A DNA stretch of 64,000 nt, from positions 36,518,001 through 36,582,000 of the forward strand of contig OZ241827.1 in assembly GCA_965202585.1 (NCBI GenBank), given 5' to 3'. Positions 1-11,300 of this stretch are shown piece after piece. The position numbers and the translations under genes are program-made. The notes beneath the pieces were generated by a model, which made no database searches, was not told the DNA's origin, and worked only from the letters and a program-made list of their open reading frames with translations. Position 1 is the stretch's first letter, and each line of letters starts with the position of its first letter. The DNA comes from Thalia democratica (taxonomy: Eukaryota).

Positions 1-448
1 GTATTTTAGTGTAGTTTTTAAACTTACACTAGATATTACGGGAAATTTTTTGAATGTATACTGGATATTGCTATAATATTTGAAAGCAACACTAGCCATA
101 ACAATAAAACTAGAAACTTATGCTAGATGTTCTGGATTTAATGGTGAAGAAAAGAGAATAAATAAAATTTAGGCGTATCTAAGTGTATATATGAAATTCA
201 CACCAGACATTACGGGAAAGTTTTGAAAACTTAAGAGTTTCAAAGGATCTAGTCGGGTTCAAATTTAAAAATAAAATCATTATCTTTATCCGATTCCAGC
301 TGGATCCTTATATTAAAATGATATCTGGATCCGGCAGGGTACTAACCTAAAAATAAGATCCAGATCTGGTTTCTACTGGATACTAATTAAAAATAAGATT
401 TGGTTTCGGCCGGATATTTATTTTATAGATCTGTTAGATCACTAGTAA
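1..448. mobile_element. Partial non-autonomous DNA transposon with ATCCGG/CCGGAT subrepeats
   Basis: Clustered ctggat/atccgg motifs 280-420 ending in a ...gatcacta hAT-like terminus. Confidence 0.35.
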
Positions 449-490
449 TACATGACTCATATTAAAGTAAAGAAAAGGATAATTTTTCAG

Positions 491-582
491 GTGAAGTAAT
501 AGAACAAGGTACTCATGATGATTTAATGGAACTAGAAGGAGCTTATCACAAACTTGTTACTACTAATGCGTCACTTAGTTAA
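491..582 (+). CDS. Terminal exon of an ABCB/MDR (P-glycoprotein-like) ABC transporter; upstream exons lie before the window
   Basis: Acceptor ttttcag at 484-490; phase-1 translation (G)EVIEQGTHDDLMELEGAYHKLVTTNASLS* matches the ABCB C-terminal GxVxEQGTHxxL...GxY motif; TAA 580-582 followed by AATAAA. Confidence 0.8.
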
Positions 583-3500
583 TAAAAAAAAAACACTAAT
601 TCAAGTTTAATATTTTTTTGTTAAGAAAATTTAACTGTGTTGTGTCGTTGTAGTTAGATTTTATTTATCATGAGCAAAAATGTTTAATCGTTTTAAATAA
701 AAATAAACTTTATAGTTTAGAGTAGACCTATGTTGTATTAGTTTTCTTGCAAAAAAGATACGTAAAACTAATATTGTTTGCTATTAAATGTCTTTTTTAG
801 TTAAAAAAAAAGTTCACATACTAAATAATGTTTAAACAAGTTGATATAGTATTTAAAAGCAATTAATGTCTGGTATTACATTTTATATATACAAGACGTT
901 CCGTATATTAGGCAGTATTAAATGCTTATATACTTACTTATAAAAACAATTAGTAAAGACTAAACAGACCTTAATCAAAATTTTTAATTAAGTTAATCAA
1001 AGTTTAGTAGCTACTTCTATAAATTCTTTATAAGTTTTAGTTTTGTTTAAGACTTTTGTTAACTCTTTACATATTACCTAAACTTAAATTTTTGTTTCAT
1101 ATGTAAATGCTGAACTTGGATCTTAAGCTTAGTACTTTTTTAGAAGGTTACCAACATTTTCTTTTAGTTTTTTATTTATCTAAAGCTACTGCAATTGTTT
1201 ATTGCGAGACACTAAAAGAATAAAAGGTACTATTACGTAGATAATCCTAAAACACTTTGCTTATAGGTTTCTTTTTCAAAAAAAAATACCAATATAGGAT
1301 AGTTTTAGTTTTGCTTTTTGGTATTTTTAAATTTCATTAAACTTAAAAAAGAAGTGAAAAAATTTAAAATAAGTAGTTAATTCTAAGAAGCAAACAAACA
1401 GTTCGTGATATCAATGCTAAACGGAAAATAAATTCCTTTTAAAATTTTACTACTTAATAAATATTAACGTATATCATTTGAAAAAAGTTTTACTGATCTT
1501 ATAACAACTAAAGATAAGTAAACAAAATATCTAAAACTATTTGCATCTAATCTTTCTAAAACTGTCTAAAAGTTATTTAGTTTTGAAGTATAAACAAAAG
1601 TAGAATAGCCTTTTTTTATGTGTTTTGCAAAAGTTCATAGTTATGGGATTACTTTTCGATATTTTTTTTAACTTTAACGTTTACCATTTGAAGTTGCTTA
1701 TAAAACGCAAAAATAATTAACAATTTTTCGTTTTACACTTAACAAATTCACAAATGTTAACTTAAAAAAAAAAAATTGTGACAAAGGTAAGCAGCCATGT
1801 GCAACACATATGCAAAATGATAATTTTTTTAATAAATACTATAATAATATATATTTTGTTATAATTAAATCAAAATTTACGACCAACAAATAAAAAAAAA
1901 CATTAGTATATAATGTAAAGCACTTTAGATATACTACACAGTGTACTAGGGTGCATCCGGTGTCCCAAATCTTAAGTTTTTTTTAATACTTTTTTAGCGT
2001 GGATTATCATCTAACAAAAAAAAATTGTAAAAGTATATTTATATAATTTAAAAACAGTCAAGTTTAAGTTTTTAGTTTATTAACTAAAATTTTTGTTTCA
2101 AACTATGTACATTGTCAAAAATATTTTTCAAACTCGTACATTAATTTCAAAAAATTTTATTGTTTGTTATTATAGTGATAATAAAATCTAAAAGGTATTA
2201 ATTACTATATCTGTACGACGGTGTCATTTTTACTTAATTATTGTTATAAATTCTGTTATATATAATCAGTTTTAATGGAATAAAACAGTAAAAAAAGTAG
2301 TAGATGTCAGATTAGCTACTTAATATATGACACTTTTGCACGGGTTTCACTTTTTTCTCGAATTTTTATTTTAACAGTTGACACTAAAAACTTAATGAGT
2401 ATTATTTTAAAGAAGTGTAAGAATTTCTAATCGCCTTAGTATTTTGAATACAACTAATATTTGGTCAGATATTCTTACACAACAATGTTTAATGAAAATA
2501 AGATTTTTTAAATTTAGTTATGCAAAACTTAAACTTAAAAACTTTAGGAATTTTATTAAACAATTATTGGAACCAACTAAACTGTATAAACGTTTTGAGT
2601 GCATAAACTTTTTCGTTTTCTATTGTTTTATTCCTGCATTAGTTACTTTGAAGAAACATGATTATAAACAGATTATATTATTCATGTAATATTTTAAGTT
2701 ATTACTATTACTGTTTAGTTATTTTTAATCGTTAATAAAAGTAGTAATTATAATTATATCAAAAGTATTAATTTTTTTTCAATAAATTGCATTTTTTTTT
2801 TTTTTTTTAATCTTTTTGGTAATTGTTTTAACAAAAGTTTTTTTTTTAATAAAAATGTTTAATTATTTTAAAACTTGTGTAAAAAAATTCTTGATATCAA
2901 ACTATAATTAAGTTTATTTAAATAAAACAAGGGTAATAGAAACTTATATTTATTTGAAATTATTTTATATCAAAACTTTGTAGATTTCATGTTTGAAAAT
3001 CACTTGGAATTTTCATGAAAAATTTTGCACAAAATTAGAGTTACGTAATAAAATTATTTAGCTTATAATTATCTACTTTCAAATAAAATATTTTTCACCT
3101 GCATTTAAGAAATAAAAACTTTAAAAAAATTCAACAAAGTTCCACTTAGAAATAGATAAAACTTACTTATATAAAATAACGTCAAAAACAAACTTGCTTG
3201 AAATAAAATAGGTCATTTTCAAGAATAAGTCAAGAATATTTTTTCAATTAAATAAAACTATTCACATCTTGTGCTTGAAAATGTTATTTTTAACTTTACT
3301 ATTACTTTTAAAGTTTTTTGTTGGTAGATTTTTTGGTGTAAACCTGATTATACACAATAAGCTTAAGTAATTAGCATGTATACCAAGAAATTGATTACTC
3401 TTTATATAAAATGTTATACTAAGTATTATTTAAAAACATTATAGATATATTTTTACAGACTAATTAGTTTTGCTTAGAAATAAAATGTATTTTTCTAATT

Positions 3501-3692
3501 AGACAACAATATGGTTATTACATCAACATTTTTAAATCAAGTACTAAGTTAATCAAAAATATTGTTATTATTTATTTTCAGCCTCTATTATTTTGAAAAA
3601 TAAATTTTATTTCGAAAAATATTTCTCAATTATACTTTATAAACAATTAAAAAACTGTTTTTGTATCAACACTGAAAATTTACTTGCTATTA

Positions 3693-4050
3693 GTTTGTTA
3701 ACAAAGATTCTAACGAAACAAGTTCTTTGGAATATACAATAATAATAACAATTTGCACAACTTTTTTAAATTTAACTAGCGTAAGTTTCTCTGAGTTAAC
3801 CAACTAACGCAGTTTCACGGAGTTCTGTATAAAAATAAGTACTATAAAAAAATATCGAAGAATAAAAGACAAATACGTGTATTTACTAAAAAACAAATTT
3901 TTACAGTACTTTTTCTTTATTGAACCAATATATTTTAACTTGTTAATACTTATAAACATATGTTAAATCAATAAAGAAAAAGTACTGTGAAAATTTGATT
4001 TTATTATACATTCCATCAAACTGGCTTCGCTAGGATCTTTATTAACAAAC
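3693..4050. mobile_element. MITE-like element with imperfect ~45-bp terminal inverted repeats
   Basis: gtttgttaacaaagattctaacgaaacaagtt versus reverse complement of 4020-4050; internal perfect 21-bp IR 3903-3923/3968-3988; related ends near 19820 and 32290. Confidence 0.45.
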
Positions 4051-4196
4051 GATTAACTTAAATGTTTAAATGTTTGTATGTGTATTTACTAAATATAATC
4101 CATAATTGTTACATTCAACAAAAAACATCGGCTAAAGTCTGCAGAACAGAAGTCCGGACTTTCGTTTGCCGTGAGACAAGCTCAAATTTAACAAAT

Positions 4197-4335
4197 AGTT
4201 GATCATGCCAATTCGATCATCAGACCACAAGTTTCGGTAAGCTGAGACCGGTTTCGTCCTTAACTAGCGTAAGGACGAAACCGGTCTCAGTCTACCGAAA
4301 CTTGTGGTCTGATGATCGAATTGGCATGATCAACT
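4197..4335. repeat. Near-perfect palindrome: 66-bp arms, 7-nt loop, contains hammerhead-core fragments
   Basis: 4197-4262 is the reverse complement of 4270-4335 with 2 mismatches. Confidence 0.9.
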
Positions 4336-5215
4336 TAATTGTTACAGATTAATAATAAATGATAGCTACAATATATCTTAGTTATAAATCTATAACAATG
4401 TTTCGGCTTATATTTTGAAAACACCCATATTCATCATTAGCTTTAAGCGCTCGAAACGCTTTGCTGATAAGCGAGAATAGATAACAGTAGTACCCAACAC
4501 TAGGCCAGGACTACAGGCCAAAACTTAATCAACAACCACGAGTGTGCCAGAAGCTTTAAGAATGAGGATTTTTGATTATAATGCAAGCTATTTTTTTCAG
4601 TTAAGCATTGATATATACAATTGATAAAACCTTGTTTATGTAAGCCAAAAAAATGTCTACCAGGCTAGACATTTTGAATGTTTATGTAAGTTGCTGTATA
4701 GAACAACTGTCTTCTTGTATAAATTGAAAACAATTGTTTAGTTTTATTGAAATTTTACTTATATCGTAATTACAAAAAAGTTTTAAAATTAAAAAAATGT
4801 TATTTGAATAGTAAACAGTAGAGTCATTTTACGTATTATCAAGTATTATTTACGTTTATCAAGTTTTAATTAACTTCACAGTTGAAAATTTATTTAAAAT
4901 TAACTTTTTCCCAATTATTACTTGATTTTGATAGCTTAGTATTTAAAAGTTTGTGTTAAGAATACTTTTAACTTTTTTAAATTTTTTAAATATTACTGAA
5001 AAGTTTAAGTCCAAAGTTTTTTAATTAGTTTTACTTATTAAAAAGTGTATTGTTTTGACGCTATTGCTTGTTCCACAATTTAACGTTTCATTGAAATTTA
5101 TTAAATTTAATAGTAATTACCATAGCAACTTAACTTGTGTTAACTAAAGTTTTTATTGGAAATAAAAGTTTAGTTTACTAAATAACATAAACAGTAGATA
5201 GTTTCAAAATATGAA

Positions 5216-5338
5216 ATGAGTTTCAAAAAGTTATTACATGCAATAAAACCTTGGAACATCTTAGTTTGTGCACCTCTTTTAAAACAAAACGATTTCACTT
5301 TACATAATGTTAGTGAAAGCTCTGGTATTGGAATAAAG
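5216..5338 (+). CDS. LACTB-like exon 1 (MSFKKLLHAIKPW...GIGIK)
   Basis: ATG 5216, open 41 codons, donor AG|gtaagt; no conserved motif, so the start is less certain. Confidence 0.55.
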
Positions 5339-8300
5339 GTAAGTTTGTTAAATTTCAGTTTTTTTTTATTGTACTAGTTAAATCGAGGGTCGGCAAAATG
5401 CGGTCCTGATTTAAATAGCCATAAGACTAATGATTTTCATCTTAGTTTTTTTTTTATACATAAAGTATTGTCACTTTTTTGTAGTTTCATCATGTCATTG
5501 TTTAGTATTCTTAAAAGTTTTAAACATTTTGTAACTAGAGACAATTCGATTTTTAGAAGCAGTGCAAAGAAGCAACTAGACTTATTCTTCGGTTTTACGA
5601 AAGAGAGTACAAAGAGTCTCAACACAAACCAGCATGTTCTGTTGCCGTAACTTTTAAAGGTGAAACAGTGTATAAAAGAGGTATAAAACTTAAAATTATT
5701 AATGTAAAGTATTTTATAATTTTTAAAGAACATAAAAAATTAAATGTATTTCAAAGCTTTCGGGTTCATGGACTTAGAAAACCAAATTCCGGCATACACG
5801 GATATGGTAGGAGATATATCTGATGTAACAAAACTAATAACATCCCACGTTGCTTTGGCTTTGCATTGCGATCCAGAACTTACTAACCCTGGATCAATAA
5901 CTGGTCCAAAAGAGTTTAAATTTGAAATTTTTGACACAATACGCGATTATATGCCTCGTTATGGACCAGATCGCGTGACTGAAAATTGGGAAAAGGTTGT
6001 CTAAATTTTTTTTTAACCTATATACGTTTTTTTTAACGTTTTCATAAACAACTCAGTATGTAAGCTTTGGCTATAGAATTATAAAATAGATTTAGATAAA
6101 TTACACTATTATCGTTTTAGTGCCCTAGTAAAGGGTTTGTATAAATTGTTTTTACTAAAATAAATAAATCTCTAACTAAGAACTTCCCAAAAATCATCAA
6201 AAAGTTGAAAAATTTTATACGATAATTGATAGATATTAGAGCAGGAGTCTTCAAACTTCGGCCCGCAAAGCAAAAGTCTGCGCCCGCGAATACATTTTTT
6301 TAATTCGAAAAAAATAAAAACAAAATTAGATAACTAACTAGACAACTTCGTATTACTAATGCTCTACGATTGCTTATTTTATCACGTTTTTTTTCTTAAT
6401 AATATTATTTTTTTGATTAGTACAACTTTTTTTAAATAATTGCGGCCAATGGAAGACTTTTTTCTATACAGTGCTGCCCACTAACAACTTTTTCTTAAAA
6501 AAATCGCCCGCATTTTTAAAAGGCTGCCGACTCCTGCACTAGCTCATGAACTTAAACAACTTTAAGTGTAATAATCAACTAAATTATGTTATAGCTTTTG
6601 TTTTATTAGTGTTATTAAAAACAAGAAGACGTATACTACAAATGAAGTTTATAAATTGTGTGTTGGTGTACTAACGTTTTTAAAACAACAAAAAAACACT
6701 GTTGATAGTTTGATAGTAAAAAATGATAACATGTTAGAAAACTTTTCATTTGTTCTTTTTATTCGAGTAAACTGGCATTAAAAGTTTGTAATTTATGATA
6801 ACCGAAAGGTTTTTTTGTGCACCAGGTCCTAGGACCAACTATTTGAAGCACTTTTTTTTGTCTTTCAATAATATAGCTTTTCAAACAGCATTTTAAAGGG
6901 AAAGCTTCGTTCTATTGTGAAAAACTTTAAGTCTTTTTTTTAATTAATAAGATTTCGAAGGTACTTTAAATTACGAGTGATAACCCAACAAGGCAGTAAT
7001 TCCAAGAGATAGTTGGAGTAAAAATACCTAATACATTTTTACATAATTGTTATATGTTTTTTAATGTTTTTCTTCACAGTAAGATTACTTTTCATAGGAT
7101 TGTTCAAATTTTATAATCTTTAAGTAGCGGAACGTTGTCTGTCTAGTATACTATTTGACTATTAATTAAAAATAGTTGTTTTAAAATCTTAGTAAAAGTA
7201 TAATTGATTGATAGAAAACTTTTTTTTTCTAACAGTTTGTAAAAGGAAAAGATTGGCCTCTGTGGTATATAATGGCACATATGAGTGGAGTAAGACATTA
7301 TTCTAGCTTTAACAACGAAAATAATTTCGCCATTCAACAAGAGTATGCTGAAATATCTGAGTCATTTGAAATGTTTGTTGAAGATAGATTAGTAGCATAC
7401 CCAGGTTAGCTCAAACTTTCAGAAACATAATTTATTATAATTAGACTGTTGTACATTTTATTTAAATTTATAAATATGAAAACTTAAGAAAGGTAATATT
7501 GTTTTGCTCCACCCCAGGCTTTCTTTAGTTTGAGATAAAAATTTTAAAGTTATTTTTTAATATAGCAAAAAAATATTTAATTTCAAATTCAACTAAACCA
7601 TCATATCATGTCCTGTAATTACTTTATTGATTACAAAAAAAAAGTTTAATTACTTTAAGTTTTTGAAACTTTAAATTTTAAGTGTTATTCTAAAAAATAT
7701 TAAAGTACTTTCCGTACAATTTGTTAAGTTTTTATAACTACACAGTGGACCAGAAATTTTTTTAAATATTATGAGTCTTCTTTTGAACAAAGAACCTTAT
7801 AAAATTGAAACTTTAACCAAATAAAAGAAATTTATCTGCAGCTAAAGTTATGCGATTTTACGGGAAATTATTAATATATTTTTTACTCAAAAAAGTTTGA
7901 AGTAAACTTCAATAAAAAAATATTAACATATATTTACTTTAGTTTTTTTTTGCAAATTAAAAACCAAAAACTAATTATTTCACTTTTTTCTCTTAAACTA
8001 GTTTTAAGAGAGAGGAAAATTTTTTTAAATAGACACTAACACGTTAAAAAAAGCATACCAAAATGTTCTAAATTTAACTTGTTACAAATTCAACTTGGTA
8101 AATGATTAAAAAAGCTCATTACAAAGAACAGAAACAGAAACGAGACATATATTACTTTAATCCCCTTTCAACCTAAACGCCTCAACAACACTAGGCAAAT
8201 AATTCTAAAACCTAGTAAATACATTTTCTGACAGCAATCATCCATGTAGAAAATATTTAACAGCAATACTATTAAACATCATTCAACTGCTGAAGTAATT

Positions 8301-11300
8301 TCAGAAACAGAATAATAGCACATCATAATGAAATATTAAACAAAAAAATAATTGAATAATTCAACTACATAAAATCTATGTGCTACAAAAAAAACAATAT
8401 ATACAATCAAGCCTCATTTCTATATAGAGATATAGTCGAAACGAAACACTCAATAGTCTTATGAATCTACAGAAAATACACTTTAAAAAATACTAACTAG
8501 AATCATAAATGAAGATGTACAAAAAAATATATATACAAATCAGAAATGTCTAACTATATGTAGAATTTAAAAGTAAAAAATACAATGTGGAAACAGAGCA
8601 AAATCAAAATCCAATGCTAAAAATGGTTGTATTTGCACAGTAGAAAAAATAGAAATAGACACAATTGAAAAGTAAATAACTAAAGTAAAAATACCAAACA
8701 ATAAATTATATGCATCCACTACAAAAAGATTATTTCAAATCTAACACAAAACAAAGCCGTAGATACGATCAGTTTTTATATAATTTATCGAGTTTGTTAT
8801 TAGTACTTTATAAATGATTTTTATCAAAGGACTATAAGATTTTCACCTAGTTTTACCAACCTTTACTGAATAACTAGTCAGTAAATTAAATGCTTTAAAA
8901 GACTTTATCAAAATTAAAAAAAAGTATGAAAAAGTGCAGTAAATTATCTAATTCGACTAATACGTTATTATGTCATGTTGCTTAATTTTTTATAATTATA
9001 AATTTTGCTCAAATAAAAAAACGTTATTAAAAATTTGGTGTAAAGTAGTGATTTTTTTATCTATTATATAAGTAAAAACTATACACTATTCATCAAAAAA
9101 CCTATGATTAAATAAATTCAAGTAACATAAACAGCTGAATTTTTCAAATTGCAGATTTTTAGATACATATGACAAAACTTCAAATTTTATATTTGAAATA
9201 AGTTTAAAGATACCCTTAACTTATTTTCAACAAAAGACATGTATTTTTTAATCATAAACATTTTAAATTTAAAAACTACTAAACATCTATAAGCTGGAAT
9301 AAACAGAAATATAAGTAAAATGTTGTTAATGTTACATATTTTATAGTTAAAAAGAACTTGTTTTCTAGAAAAACAGCATGTAGCTTATAATATATTTCAG
9401 AAAGCAAATATTATAAGTTTGAAAACTTTTTTGAGTGAGAACTTTCTTACTTGAAGATTTATTTTGATGGTATCTTAGACCAACGGAAAATTTTTATTCT
9501 ATGAATTTCATTTTTTACAATGACTATAACTCATTACTTTTTAGAAAAACTTAGGTAAACTTTGTAATATTTTAGAATCTTTTTTAAGTTTCTTGCTTGA
9601 AGTGTTTCTAACGTCAAACTTAAAAGTTCAAATTTGAGTTTTTTATTTAACTAACTATGTTTTGTTAAATCTATGTCAAGAAAGGACTTTAATACAGCAA
9701 TATATTATTATTTTTTATTTATTTTGTTTACTGCTACCAGCTAATTAAAGTTAAACAAAAAAACAGTTTATGGTAATTTTTTTTATTGCTATTAAAACAA
9801 TTGTTTTAGAATAACAAACTAATAACACGGCTTTTTTTTTGTTGTTATGTTATTTTCTAAACGTACATGATTTTTTAGAACATTTGAAATATTAAATACT
9901 TGACTTTAATAGTTTCAAAATAAATTTGATAAATTTAAAAAGCAGCTTTCATAATATTTGCTCTCTACTTTTTTATAATGAATAAATTTAAGTATAGCTT
10001 TTATAAAATCATAAAACTATTTTTTGATGTTGTTGAAACATTCAGCACGTCTATTTAAAATTAAACTTTTAGCGTATAACGAAATGAATAATCCTTTTTT
10101 TCAACCAAATGTATGTATTAACATTTTTTAAAACTTGTAGCATCAAATAGCTCGTATAATTAACCATTTTTAGTATAAATGTATAGTTACACTAAAACCG
10201 TATTAGTTTTATTTTATTTATTATTATTTATTAGAGTTTATCAGGTTGAAGGTTGATTAAGAGTTTTTAAATATTAATAGTTTGATTGAAAAAATTTTTA
10301 ATACATTTGTCATTATATACTCAAAAAAAAAAATAGTGGGTAATAGTAACCGAATTTTAAATATATTTTTAATAAAACATAACTTACTGAAAGTAATTAT
10401 TTAAATTCGGCTACAAGTAAAACTTTTTATTTAATAAGTTAACACATTAAAGGGGTGGGTGTCAGAAAATCACAGCGTCACTTTAGCACAGAGTGACTCT
10501 TTGGCACTGGGTGACACTTTAGCACAGAGTATCACTATAGCACGGCGTCACTTTAGCACGGTGTCTTTTTAGCACAGAGTGACACTTTAGCACGATCGAT
10601 ACTTTTAAGTAATTAAATTATATACTATTAATAAAAAATAAAGTTAAAAAAGTATTTAAAATTTAATTTTATATAGTCAGAATCCTGTTGATTACGCATT
10701 TCAGACACTTTAAAGTGTGAATTCAAGGAAAAGAATATCTACCAAAGTTTATTTATTCAAAGTTATAGTTATGTATTAATATATATTAAGTTATCGAAGC
10801 TTTTAAAAAACAAAGGCAATTTATTTATCAGTATTTATTAATATTTTTATTATATATCCTTATTTAAAATTTGTGCTTCAAATCTAACCTTACTGAAATT
10901 AATTTAAGCTTATTAAAAATAAACCTGGACCTCGTATACATTGCTAGGTTTATACAAATAGTTTTGTGTTGAAAATATAAAAGTAAAAGGTTTAAAATCC
11001 CTTTTTTTAAATTTTTAGGTAAAATGAGTTAAAAGAAATTGTAAACTCACTTTTATTTTGTTGTTAAAAAGTTAAGGTTTGCTTTAAAATAATTAGTAGT
11101 ATTATATATTATTTACGAATCTCTAGTTAACGCTTTATTTTATAAAATATTAAAATCTTGTAAACTTTTAGTCTATATGTTGCATAGTTTGTTTTTAGGT
11201 TTTTAAACATAACAGTCAAAATGTCATGTAAGCATAAAAAAGAGTATCACTCCGTGCTAAAGTGTCTAACCGTGCTAAAATGTCACTCTGTGCTTAAGTG

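Noticed and set aside
2444-2689. Short AT-rich ORFs here and at 21034, 26132, 28368, 38585
   Set aside because: Low-complexity F/K/L/I translations, several inside MITEs, no motifs or splice support
10471-10593. Regular short repeat arrays here and at 16670-16737 resembling CRISPR
   Set aside because: Head-to-tail 15-17-bp repeats without unique spacers, no cas genes, eukaryotic context
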